From Acidobacteriota bacterium (GTDB lineage Bacteria; Acidobacteriota; UBA890; WLXD01): a stretch of 64,000 nucleotides of DNA. Shown here in pieces: positions 19,626-28,791 of this stretch (position 1 is the stretch's first letter; each line of letters begins with the position of its first letter). The DNA lies in the NCBI GenBank assembly GCA_965205505.1, contig CBDBHB010000008.1:1257903-1321902 (forward strand). The letters are read 5' to 3'. The notes under the pieces are model-generated. The model did not search any database, was not told where the DNA came from, and was given only the letters and a program-made list of their open reading frames with translations. The translations under genes were made by a program, and so were the position numbers.

Positions 19626-20404
19626 ACGAAAGCCACGACGCGGCAGAATGCCGCCTCGCCTCCCCGAAACTTCCAAGGGAAACAGCCCAACGTCAGCCGG
19701 CGGTCATGTAGCTCGGGGTTGGCAATGTCGGCACCGAGGTTCTCGATGTGCATGCAGTTCGACGGAAACAACTCATTGTGCGTGAGCTGGTAGTCGGACT
19801 CGGGGAACAGCTCTGCGACTCCTTCTGGACCACCGAACTTGTCCTCGCAGGCTTTCCGCACACGGTCGCAATGATTGAACATCCCCTTACCCAGGAAGCG
19901 CCCTATGGGGAGGTTCATGGGGTGATCGGTTGAGATCGCGTCGACACCCCAAATGTGGATCTTCTTGTCCAACAGCCAGGGAACGAGGTCGGGATGGGCG
20001 CCTGGGTGACGATGGATGTACTTCTCCTCGTCAGGCTCGGAACCGAACTGCGCGTGCTTTTCCCAGCCGGTATGCAGCAGCAGCATGTCGCCCTCACGCA
20101 CCTCCACGTGCGACTCGATCATCTCGGGCGTGTACACGGCAAACTCATCGAGCTCGTCGGCCAGGTTAACGATCACCCCAGGCCCGTACAGCCAGTCCAT
20201 CGGGATCTCGTCGATCGTCATACCGCCGGTCACGAAGTGCCGCGGGGCGTCCAGGTGGGTCCCCATGTGGTTCGAGGTCTGGATGTACTGCGCGTTCACA
20301 CCATGCTCGGCCTTACGCTTGATGTACTTGACCTCGAACGGAGGGTAGTAAGGCCAGAAGGAAACCTCCTGGTTGAGCGGCTGCGAAAGATCGTAGGGCT
20401 TCAT
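19622..20404 (-). CDS. Cyclase family metal-dependent hydrolase (kynurenine formamidase/isatin hydrolase-like)
   Basis: HMGTHLDAPRHF, GVDAISTD, HIENL. Confidence 0.88.
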   Translation of the reverse strand: MKPYDLSQPLNQEVSFWPYYPPFEVKYIKRKAEHGVNAQYIQTSNHMGTHLDAPRHFVTGGMTIDEIPMDWLYGPGVIVNLADELDEFAVYTPEMIESHVEVREGDMLLLHTGWEKHAQFGSEPDEEKYIHRHPGAHPDLVPWLLDKKIHIWGVDAISTDHPMNLPIGRFLGKGMFNHCDRVRKACEDKFGGPEGVAELFPESDYQLTHNELFPSNCMHIENLGADIANPELHDRRLTLGCFPWKFRGGEAAFCRVVAFV

Positions 20405-20461
20405 CGTTACTCCGGTTCCTACTCCGCTTCCGTTATTTCCCGGCGAGGATCGTACCAGGAG

Positions 20462-21973
20462 CTACTGACGTTCGTTCCCATGTGGCTCGACTGCCTGAGA
20501 GCTCAGCAGCGACCGCATCAGCGCCCAGTAGACGACAGCGCTGACTGTGGCGGCGGAAAACCAGGCGGCATCGAAGAGAAACGAAGCTGCCGGGAGGAGC
20601 TTGCCCAGCAGCGCCGTGCCGATCCCGGCCGCCAGCGCCACCATGGCGCGGCCGTTGATCCCGTTGCCATACGTGTACTCGCCGCGTTCGGCGTAAAGAT
20701 CCTCCACTCGCAGCCGCAGCCCGCGCAGCAGGTAGTCGCACGCAATCACGCCGCCCACCGCTCCCAGCAGCCCGGAGTAGCTGATGAGCCACCCTTGATA
20801 TCGGTCGAGCAGCTGCCACGGCATGCTGACAACTGCGAGCAGCCCGGCAATCAAGCCGCCGGTGCGAAAGCTGATCCGCCGTGGCGCCAGTGCCGAGAAA
20901 CTATTGGCGGGGGCCACGACGTTGGCGGCGATGTTGGTGCTCAATGTGGCGAGCATCAGCGCTCCCATCGCCAGCAAGCCCGATAGCGGGCTCTGATACT
21001 CGTTCGTCAGCCGTGCCAGCAAGTCGACGGGGTTCCAGATTGCCTCGCCGTACAGAATCACCGTGGCGCTGGTCACCGCCACGCCAATGAAGGCAAACAG
21101 CGGCATCGTGGTCAACAGGCCGATTGCCTGGCCCGAGATCTGATCGCGCTGGCTGCGCGCGTAGCGCGTGAAGTCGGGAATGTTGAGCGACAAGGTGGCC
21201 CAGTAGCCCACCATCGCGGTGAGCCACGGCATGAAGAAACCGAAGAACCAGCGCAACGGTGGCAGCGGCTCGGCATCGGATACCAGCGAGTCTGTACGCG
21301 CCAGGATGGCTCCGATGCCGCCGACCCGCGCTGCCGCCCAGTAAAGGAGGGCCACGCCGACAACGATCAGGAACGGTGCGGTCACCGTTTCGAGCCAGCG
21401 AATCGACTCTGTTCCGGCGTAGACGAAGTACATGTTGAGCGCCCAGAAGAGCAGGAACGAGACATATTCGGGCGCGCCGTATCCCATGAACGCGAAGCCG
21501 GCGCCAAGCTTCGCCCAGCCGTCCCAGAGAATCGACAGGATGGCATTGATGGCGGTGCCGCCGATCCACGTCTGGATGCCAAACCAACCGCAGGCGACCA
21601 CAGCGCGAAGCAAGGAGGGCACGTGCGCGCCCCGAATCCCGAACGCGGCGCGCGCGAAAGCCGGGAACGGGATTCCGTAACGGGTGCCGGCGTGACCGTT
21701 GAGCGCCAGCGGCACCAGCACGATGGCGTTTCCAAGCAGGATGGTGAGCAGTGCCAGGCGCCAACCCATACCGGCTTGCACCATGCTGGATGCCAGCATG
21801 TAGGTAGGGATACAAACGCTCATCCCGACCCACAGCGCCGCCAGGTTCCAGCGGCTCCAGGTACGAGCGGATAGGGGCGTTGGGGCGATATCGGCGTTGA
21901 GCAGCTCGGAGGTCGGAAGCGGCGCCGCCAGCTCCACCGGCGGGTCGTCGAGTAGTGCGCGTAGCCAATTCAC
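20462..21973 (-). CDS. NCS1 nucleobase:cation symporter (allantoin/uracil permease-like)
   Basis: ALWVGM, RAVVACGWFGIQ, WATLSLNIPDFTRY, NIAAN. Confidence 0.9.
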   Translation of the reverse strand: MNWLRALLDDPPVELAAPLPTSELLNADIAPTPLSARTWSRWNLAALWVGMSVCIPTYMLASSMVQAGMGWRLALLTILLGNAIVLVPLALNGHAGTRYGIPFPAFARAAFGIRGAHVPSLLRAVVACGWFGIQTWIGGTAINAILSILWDGWAKLGAGFAFMGYGAPEYVSFLLFWALNMYFVYAGTESIRWLETVTAPFLIVVGVALLYWAAARVGGIGAILARTDSLVSDAEPLPPLRWFFGFFMPWLTAMVGYWATLSLNIPDFTRYARSQRDQISGQAIGLLTTMPLFAFIGVAVTSATVILYGEAIWNPVDLLARLTNEYQSPLSGLLAMGALMLATLSTNIAANVVAPANSFSALAPRRISFRTGGLIAGLLAVVSMPWQLLDRYQGWLISYSGLLGAVGGVIACDYLLRGLRLRVEDLYAERGEYTYGNGINGRAMVALAAGIGTALLGKLLPAASFLFDAAWFSAATVSAVVYWALMRSLLSSQAVEPHGNERQ

Positions 21974-22863
21974 CCCGCCGCGCCGCCGGCCAACGCCCGA
22001 GCGCCGGCGCTGTGAACGACACGCCGTACCAGCACGCGTACCAGATGGCGCCGGAACTCGGCGCTGGCATGCAGATCCGCGGGCGGGTCGATGTCGGCTT
22101 CCGCGGCGAGCTCCGCCGCCTCGACCACCAGCGCCTCGGACAGCTCCTCGCCGATCAGCACGCCAGCGGCGGCCTCGGCCAGGACCGGGCCCTCGCCCAC
22201 CGACAGAAGGCCGATCCGCGCGTCGGTACAGCGCCCATCGTCGGCCAGGGTCACCCCGACGGCAACACCGACCAGTGCATAGTCACCATGCCGCCGGGCC
22301 ATCTCGTCGAACGCCCAGCCCGTGCGGCACGCCGGGGTGGGCAGGATGATCTCTGTCAGCACCTCGCCGGGCTCCAGGGCGGTGGTCAGCAGGCCGAAGA
22401 AGAAATCTCCGGCCGCGATGGTGCGCTCACCGCCGTCGCGGCTGCGAGCGCGAAGTGTGGCGTCGAGTACCAAGGCCACCGTAGGCAACTCGCCGGCCGG
22501 ATCGGCATGAGCGATGCTCCCGCCAAAGGTGCCCCGATTGCGGATCTGCGGATGGGCAATGTGCGGCATGGTCTCGTGCAGTAACGGTGCGCGTTCGGCA
22601 ACCAGCGCATCGCTCTCCACCACCGCCTGACGAGTCATCGCGCCGATGCGGAGCCCTCCGTCGTCGGTCGCCTCCACGTAGGCGAGCTCGGAGAGCCTGT
22701 TCAGATCCACCAGGATCGTCGGTTGTGCCAAGCGGAAGTTCATCGCCGGGATCAAGCTCTGGCCACCCGCCAGTATCTTCGCCTCCCATGGATCCTCGGC
22801 AAGGATGTCGAGCGCCTCGTCGAGCGTCTCGGGCGCGTGGTAGCGGAAGGGGGCGGGCTTCAT
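21970..22863 (-). CDS. Molybdenum hydroxylase FAD subunit (CoxM/XdhB-like)
   Basis: MKPAPF.Y, AGGQSL, QIRNRGT.GG...HADP. Confidence 0.9.
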   Translation of the reverse strand: MKPAPFRYHAPETLDEALDILAEDPWEAKILAGGQSLIPAMNFRLAQPTILVDLNRLSELAYVEATDDGGLRIGAMTRQAVVESDALVAERAPLLHETMPHIAHPQIRNRGTFGGSIAHADPAGELPTVALVLDATLRARSRDGGERTIAAGDFFFGLLTTALEPGEVLTEIILPTPACRTGWAFDEMARRHGDYALVGVAVGVTLADDGRCTDARIGLLSVGEGPVLAEAAAGVLIGEELSEALVVEAAELAAEADIDPPADLHASAEFRRHLVRVLVRRVVHSAGARALAGGAAG

Positions 22864-22894
22864 CGCGATCCGCCTGGGCTCACCGTTGCCTGGG

Positions 22895-25240
22895 TCATGA
22901 CTCGCCACCGCGGGCGTCACGCACCAGCTCGAACAATCGATTGGGGCTGAGCGGGATCTCGCGAATTTCCAGCCCGTCGATTCCCAAGGCGTCCTCCACC
23001 GCTTGCGCAAACGCCGCCGCCGTCGGTATGCAGCCCGCCTCACCAGCCCCCTTCACGCCCAGCGGCGTGTCGGTGGCCGGTGTTTCGATGTGATCGATGC
23101 GAACCTTGGGCACGTCGGTGGCGGTGGGAAGTAAGTAATCCATGAGCGACGCGTTCAGCAGCTGCCCGTTAACGTCGACCACCAACTGCTCGTAGAAGGC
23201 ATTGCCGATTCCCTGCGCCACGCCGCCCTGGATCTGACCATCGAGAATCATCGGGTTGATGACGCGCCCGCAGTCGTGGACCACGACGTAGTCGATGACA
23301 TCGACGTCAAACGTCTCGGGATCGACCTTCACTCGCATGGCGTGGACTCCACTTGCGGTCGTTCCGCGGTTTGGCCCGAAGTACGCGGTCGCCTCCAGCC
23401 CCGGCTCGGTGCCCGGCGCGACCGCGCCGCGCAACGGATTCGACGCCAGCGCCAGATCACCAAGTGAGATACGGTGCTTCGGGTCGCCCTCGACGCGAAC
23501 CTCGCCGCCCTCGAGCACGAGGCGCTCTTCGGGGGCTTCAAGCAACTCGGCAGCGAGCCGCAGGATCTTGGCGCGCACCTGCTGAGCCGCCGCATGACAG
23601 GCGTTGCCGGCAACCACCGCTCCGCGACTGGCGAAGGTCCCGGTCCCCCAGTTGAACTCGCGCGTGTCACCGGTAACCACACTGATGTCGACCACGTCGG
23701 CGCCAACCTGATCGGCGACGATCTGCGCCAGCGAGGTGTAATGACCCTGCCCCTGCGTGCCGACACCGGTAGCCACATGCACCTTCCCACTCGACTCGAC
23801 CGACACACGGGCACCCTCGTAGGGGCCTATGCCGGTGCCCTCTACGTAGGAGACGACGCCGATACCGACATGCCGTCCCGACTGACGTAGCCTGTGTTGT
23901 TCGGCCTCGAATTCCTGGTAGCCGATCAATTCGACGGCGCGATCGAGGGCCGGCTCGTAGTTGCCGCTGTCGTAGGTCAGCGAAGAGAAGTCCTGGTAAA
24001 CGAGACCGTGGTCGTGCGGGAAGTCGTCTGGCCCCAGGTAGTTGAGTCGCCGGATCTCGACACGATCGATTCCGAGCTCACCGGCCGCTATGTCGAGCAG
24101 GCGCTCCATCACGAACACACCGTGCTGCCGGCCGGCGCCGCGCACCGGCGTCACGATGGGGCGGTTGGTGAACACGACACGAAATTCGGAGTGGTAGTTG
24201 GGTACGTCGTAGCACCCCAACAACGTGCATTGGCTGTTTATGGGAATGGTCAGTCCGTACGGATCGTAGGCGCCGGTGTCGTGCAGGAACTCGTCGCGAA
24301 TACCGAGGATACGCCCGTCGGAGGCGAGCGCCATTTCCGCCTCGTGAACTTGCGCACGCTCCTGTGTGGTGGCGTAGAAGTTCTCGCTACGATCCTCGAT
24401 CCACTTCACCGGACGACCGAGCTGCATCGAGATCCATGGGATCAGCACCTCCTCCGGGTAAAACATCATGATCTTCGGACCAAACGCTCCACCAATGAAC
24501 GGCGCCACCACGTCGACCTCACGCTCCGCCAACCCCAGCCATCGGGCGAGTCCGTTGCGCACCGGAATCGGCGCCTGTGTGGTATCCCAGATCATCATCT
24601 TGTGAGCCCGTGCGTCCCAGCTCGCCACCACGCCGCGGTTCTCGATGGCGGCAGCGGCCCCGCGGTCGTAGTCGAAGCGGCGGCGTATGACGAGATCCGC
24701 GGACTCGCAGGCCGCTGCGTAGTCGCCTTTCGTCTGCACGCAGTGTGCCGCGAGGTTCGACCCGAGGTCCTCGTGCACAATGGCCGGCTCGCCACGCAAC
24801 GACGCCTCGAGGTCGACGACCGCCGGTAGCGGATCCAGATCGACGGCGATGTCCGCCAGCGCGTCTTCCGCCAGATAGCGGCTGTCGGCCACCACCAGGG
24901 CGATCGGCTCGCCCGCGTGCAGCACCTTGTCGCGCACCAGGGGCACCTGGGTACGCTCGTGGAAGACCAGGCCGTCGATCGGCGGCGGCCCCACCAGCAG
25001 CGGGCCATGCTGCCAGTAGTCTCCCAGGTCGACGGCAGCGTATGCCGCCACCACCCCCGGACGACGACGAACGCGTGACAGATCCACGTTATTGAGGCGA
25101 GCGTGCGCATAGTCGCTGCGGACAAAGGCAACGTGCAGCGTACCCGCGAGATCGATGTCGTCGATGAACTGCGCTGCGCCCGTGAGAAGGCTGGCGTCCT
25201 CGTTGCGCGGCAGCCGCCGCCCGAAGAAACGACCGCTCAC
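22895..25240 (-). CDS. Molybdenum hydroxylase molybdopterin subunit (CoxL/XdhA-like)
   Basis: R.ED..LLTG...F, GG.FG.K, PVRGAGR loop, GQIQGG, KGAGE. Confidence 0.9.
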   Translation of the reverse strand: MSGRFFGRRLPRNEDASLLTGAAQFIDDIDLAGTLHVAFVRSDYAHARLNNVDLSRVRRRPGVVAAYAAVDLGDYWQHGPLLVGPPPIDGLVFHERTQVPLVRDKVLHAGEPIALVVADSRYLAEDALADIAVDLDPLPAVVDLEASLRGEPAIVHEDLGSNLAAHCVQTKGDYAAACESADLVIRRRFDYDRGAAAAIENRGVVASWDARAHKMMIWDTTQAPIPVRNGLARWLGLAEREVDVVAPFIGGAFGPKIMMFYPEEVLIPWISMQLGRPVKWIEDRSENFYATTQERAQVHEAEMALASDGRILGIRDEFLHDTGAYDPYGLTIPINSQCTLLGCYDVPNYHSEFRVVFTNRPIVTPVRGAGRQHGVFVMERLLDIAAGELGIDRVEIRRLNYLGPDDFPHDHGLVYQDFSSLTYDSGNYEPALDRAVELIGYQEFEAEQHRLRQSGRHVGIGVVSYVEGTGIGPYEGARVSVESSGKVHVATGVGTQGQGHYTSLAQIVADQVGADVVDISVVTGDTREFNWGTGTFASRGAVVAGNACHAAAQQVRAKILRLAAELLEAPEERLVLEGGEVRVEGDPKHRISLGDLALASNPLRGAVAPGTEPGLEATAYFGPNRGTTASGVHAMRVKVDPETFDVDVIDYVVVHDCGRVINPMILDGQIQGGVAQGIGNAFYEQLVVDVNGQLLNASLMDYLLPTATDVPKVRIDHIETPATDTPLGVKGAGEAGCIPTAAAFAQAVEDALGIDGLEIREIPLSPNRLFELVRDARGGES

Positions 25241-25758
25241 ACCTCCAACTCCCCATCGTCGGCGTGCATGCGGCGGGCCGCCAACGCCACCGCGTCGACG
25301 ATGTGCTGGTAGCCGGTGCAGCGGCAGAGGTTGCCCGACAGCGCGGCGCGGATGGCTTCCTCGGAAGGCTGCGCGTTGGCCTCGACGAACGGCAGCAGGG
25401 TCATCAGGAACCCTGGCGTGCAGAACCCACACTGCAGCGCGTGGGTGTCCCTGAACGCGGCCTGAAGTGGATGCAGCTCCTCGGCACCGGCGGGTGCGAG
25501 CGCTTCGACGGTTCTGAGCTCGAGGCCATCGGCCTGCACTGCGAACATCAGGCAGGAACGCACCGGAGCGCCGTCGACCAACACGGTGCAAGCGCCGCAC
25601 ACGCCGTGCTCACATCCGACGTGGGTGCCCGTAAGGCACAGGTCGCCGCGAATAAAGTCCGATAGCAACAGCCGCGGCTCCACTACCCCGGTCACCTCGC
25701 GGCCATTTACCCGCAGCCGGACGTCCACTGTCTGGGGACTGGATCCTGCTTCGCTCAC
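25237..25758 (-). CDS. Molybdenum hydroxylase [2Fe-2S] subunit (CoxS/XdhC-like)
   Basis: GCEHGVCGACTV, QCGFCTPG, NLCRCTGY. Confidence 0.93.
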   Translation of the reverse strand: MSEAGSSPQTVDVRLRVNGREVTGVVEPRLLLSDFIRGDLCLTGTHVGCEHGVCGACTVLVDGAPVRSCLMFAVQADGLELRTVEALAPAGAEELHPLQAAFRDTHALQCGFCTPGFLMTLLPFVEANAQPSEEAIRAALSGNLCRCTGYQHIVDAVALAARRMHADDGELEV

Positions 25759-25767
25759 GACCGCTAA

Positions 25768-26742
25768 CTATGCCTCCAGGCTGGGCGTTGATCGAGGCAA
25801 GCTGTGGCGATCGTGTGGCGCCTCGAAATCGAGGGTCGGCCCCCTCGGTACGATCCCCGTCGGATTGATCGAATCGTGCGTGACGTAGTAGTGGCGCTTG
25901 ATGTGGTCGAAGTTGACCGTCTCGGCGACGCCATCGAACTGGTAGAGCTCGCGGACGTAGGGCCAGAGGTGTGGGTAGTCCACCAACGCCCGCAGGTTGC
26001 ACTTGAGATGCCCCACGTAAACAGCGTCGAAGCGAACGCATGTGGTGAACAGCCTCCAATCGGCCTCGGTGATGCGGTCGCCGCAGAGATAACGCTGATG
26101 GGAGAGTCGCTCGTCGAGCCAGTCGAGGGAGTCGAACAGCACCGCCACGGCCTCGTCGTAGGCGGCCTGGAAGGTGGCGAATCCGGCACGGTAGACGCCG
26201 TTGTTGACGCACCGACAAACGTGCTCGTTGACGGCGTCGATCTGCGCTCGTAGCTCCGCCGGATAGAAGTCGACGCTGGCGTCGCCGAACGCATCGAACT
26301 CCGAGTTGAGCATGCGAATGATCTCGGACGACTCGTTGTTGACGATGACGCCGGCCTCCTTGTCCCACAGTACCGGAACGGTGACCCGACCATCGAAGTC
26401 GCTATCCGTACGCCGGTACGCCTCCGACAGGAACCCGAACCCGTTGATCGGGTCGGGCCCACAGCCCTCGGCGTCGCTGAACGTCCAGCCACGATGGTCG
26501 CGAATCGGGTCGACGACGGTCATGCCGATGGCGTCCTCGAGTCGCTTCAACTTGCGGAAGATGATCGTGCGGTGGGCCCAGGGGCAGGCCGCCGAAACGT
26601 AGAGGTGGTAGCGCCCGGCGGCGGCCGCGAAGCCGGAGGATCCATCGGCGGTTACATGGCCTCGGAAGGCGCTCGCCTGGCGCACGAACTCGCCGTGAGC
26701 GGCGGTTTCTCGTGGGACCTGAGCATTCGCTCGTTCGTTCAA
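25768..26742 (-). CDS. Glutathionyl-hydroquinone reductase (YqjG/ECM4-like GST)
   Basis: RYHLYVS.ACPWAHR, TVPVLWD, NNESSEI, HIKRHYY, INPTGIVP. Confidence 0.9.
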   Translation of the reverse strand: MNERANAQVPRETAAHGEFVRQASAFRGHVTADGSSGFAAAAGRYHLYVSAACPWAHRTIIFRKLKRLEDAIGMTVVDPIRDHRGWTFSDAEGCGPDPINGFGFLSEAYRRTDSDFDGRVTVPVLWDKEAGVIVNNESSEIIRMLNSEFDAFGDASVDFYPAELRAQIDAVNEHVCRCVNNGVYRAGFATFQAAYDEAVAVLFDSLDWLDERLSHQRYLCGDRITEADWRLFTTCVRFDAVYVGHLKCNLRALVDYPHLWPYVRELYQFDGVAETVNFDHIKRHYYVTHDSINPTGIVPRGPTLDFEAPHDRHSLPRSTPSLEA

Positions 26743-26769
26743 CGGGCTCTTCCCATGCTGTTTTCTCGG

Positions 26770-27227
26770 CTAGTGGCCTGTAACAGATGATCGTTGCATA
26801 TCGTGGTGGCGAAATGGGTCCGGATGCCAGGCGCGACGACGAGACGATGTTTGCCCATCTTGGAGGAGGAGCAACGCCGCAGACGGGCCGATTTCGCCGC
26901 CATCCTCCGGACAGATGGGCAGTTGCGGGCGATATCGGCGTTGCGCCTCGTCGACGATGCCCCAGCAGGTCGTGGTGGAAGTGTGATGGGTCTGGTTACG
27001 CCGCCAAGGGCGCAGATCCAAGGCGCCGCGTCGCCGGCGATGCCCGTGCGCATCGTCTAGGAGCGGCAACGCCGGAGACGCGCCCTTGGCGGCGTAACCC
27101 GTAGGGTAAGTGCCAGACCCACCACACTTCCATCACGGCCTGCTAGCATCGCCTTCCTCGCCGCGCCTTGATCTCACCCGCAAATCCCATCTGCGATATG
27201 CAACGATCATCTGTTACAGGCCACTAG
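26770..27227. mobile_element. Composite nested MITE: type-A element containing a type-B element
   Basis: Perfect ~30-bp TIRs TGGCCTGTAACAGATGATCGTTGCATATCG between two CTAG; inner element ~26963-27146 with CAGG(t/c)CGTG(g/a)TGGAAGTGTG(a/g)TGGGTCTGG ends; several ERIC-like cores. Confidence 0.85.
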
Positions 27228-27299
27228 TGCAATTGCTCTGGCAACGAAGGCTTCCGTATCCGTTACGTCCAAGCCAACTGCGGACGGGCTTGCCGTCCG

Positions 27300-27429
27300 C
27301 TATCGAGCATCACGACTCTGGCCTTGTCGCAGTTTGCCCCACAACGGCCTGGGAATCCTCCTTCACGATCAAGACCGGCTTGAGGCGGCCGAGCAGCATT
27401 TCTTACGAGCCCAGACGCTTCAGCGCTAA
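27300..27429 (+). pseudogene. TPR-repeat gene fragment
   Basis: HNGLGILLHDQDRLEAAEQHFLRA is a TPR-like helix pair, lacks a start and abuts the MITE. Confidence 0.45.
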
Positions 27430-27655
27430 TATGGACAAGGGTGAGACCGCATTGCCGTAGCGCGGCGAACGGGCGCATCGACATGAAGCCCAGGCGGCCA
27501 GGCGCAAGCTGAAGCGAGCTGCGGGGAAGACGCTTCGAAAGAGCGGCGTGAACAAGGACGCTGAGAGCAGTTGAGGCGATGAGGAGCCGACGCGGCGCTG
27601 CCGACTTCGCCCGACAGAAGGCCGTCAATCACCAACCCCCTACGGAGGTAGCAAC

Positions 27656-27845
27656 ATGGACATGCCGATGATGGCTGCGATGGGACTGTTCCCGCTGGTG
27701 TTCGGGCTGATTCTGGCTCGGCCTGATCATCTACCTAATTGGCCTTGCAACGCGCCTCGTCAGCGCCGTCGAACGGATAGCTGACAACGTTTCGCGGACA
27801 GACCGGCCTGTAGGTTACCGATCCGTTTCCGGTCGGCGCGCTGAG
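27656..27845 (+). pseudogene. Small single-TM membrane protein with a frameshift
   Basis: GGAGG RBS then MDMPMMAAMGLFPLVFGLI; a frameshift near 27712 continues as WLGLIIYLIGLATRLVSAVERIADN. Confidence 0.5.
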
Positions 27846-27875
27846 GTAGATGTGATGCGAATACCGTTTCGTAAT

Positions 27876-28529
27876 TCACGAAACACCCCGCAACCGCAGT
27901 CCGGACCGCGCGAAAGGAAGCACGCCGGCCGTCAGGCCGACGGCGAACATCCCCGCCGGGAAGCTCTGTGGAGTCGTTCCCTCGGCGACGACGCGCCAGT
28001 TCCAGCAGAAGGCGACGATGATGGTCAGCGCTCCGGCGCAGGCGACGGCCCACTCGGCGCGCATCAGGCCCACTGTATCTCCTCGCGCGCGGATACGCTC
28101 GTGCACTCCGAACCCGGTGATGAGGAACACTGACACCAGCATCGGGTAGATGACCGGCCCGAGCCACGGCACCGGAATCAAGAACAGCACGTCCCAGGTG
28201 AACAGCGACGGCGGCCAGCCGAGGAGGAGCCACAGGCCCAGGTAGTAGACGATATCCCAGACGCCGAACAGGAAGGCAAAGACGAAGAAACGATCCAGGC
28301 GGTCGCGGCCGGCAACGATAGCGACGGCGAACAGCATCAGCAGGGTGGTGAGCTCGCGCAGCATCTCGACCGCCAAGATGTGGTCGGGAATGACGACGAT
28401 CGGGAAGCGGAAGCCGTCGGGGTAGTAAAGCTCGCGCAGATACACCACCACCGCAGCCTCGAGAAAGCCGAAGGCTCCGCCAAACAGAGTCAGCCAGGCG
28501 GCGCGGCGCAGCGTGAAACATGCCGACAC
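27876..28529 (-). CDS. Conserved hypothetical membrane protein
   Basis: FLEAAVVVYLRELYYP.GF.FP, E..RE..TL.ML, WDIVYY, WDVLFLIPVPW. Confidence 0.75.
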   Translation of the reverse strand: MSACFTLRRAAWLTLFGGAFGFLEAAVVVYLRELYYPDGFRFPIVVIPDHILAVEMLRELTTLLMLFAVAIVAGRDRLDRFFVFAFLFGVWDIVYYLGLWLLLGWPPSLFTWDVLFLIPVPWLGPVIYPMLVSVFLITGFGVHERIRARGDTVGLMRAEWAVACAGALTIIVAFCWNWRVVAEGTTPQSFPAGMFAVGLTAGVLPFARSGLRLRGVS

Positions 28530-28617
28530 CGCTCCCGCCGTCCGCGCAACGATCACCGCGGTTCTGCATCGGACCACCTCCGACTGGTTACTTCTTGATG
28601 ATAACCGCAGGTACCCC

Positions 28618-28786
28618 CTAGCAGGCCGTGGTGAAGGTGTGGTGGATCTGGTTACAGCGAGTTGGGGCCAGATGCAAGGCGCCCTGACACATGCGATGGC
28701 GTAACCATCGCCTCCTCCTCTCTCCTTGCCTCCACTTCGCAAGACCCTGTCGCCAGACCCACCACACTTCCACCACGGCCTGCCAG
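28618..28786. mobile_element. Type-B CTAG MITE, internally deleted
   Basis: CTAGCAGGCCGTGGTGAAGGTGTGGTGGATCTGG ... CCAGACCCACCACACTTCCACCACGGCCTGCCAG; the interior matches 52429+ and 52540-52550. Confidence 0.85.
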
Positions 28787-28791
28787 ACCTT

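Noticed and set aside
21970-25758. Aerobic CO dehydrogenase
   Set aside because: Lacks the AYRCSFR loop; gene order is S-L-M and the context is nucleobase transport.
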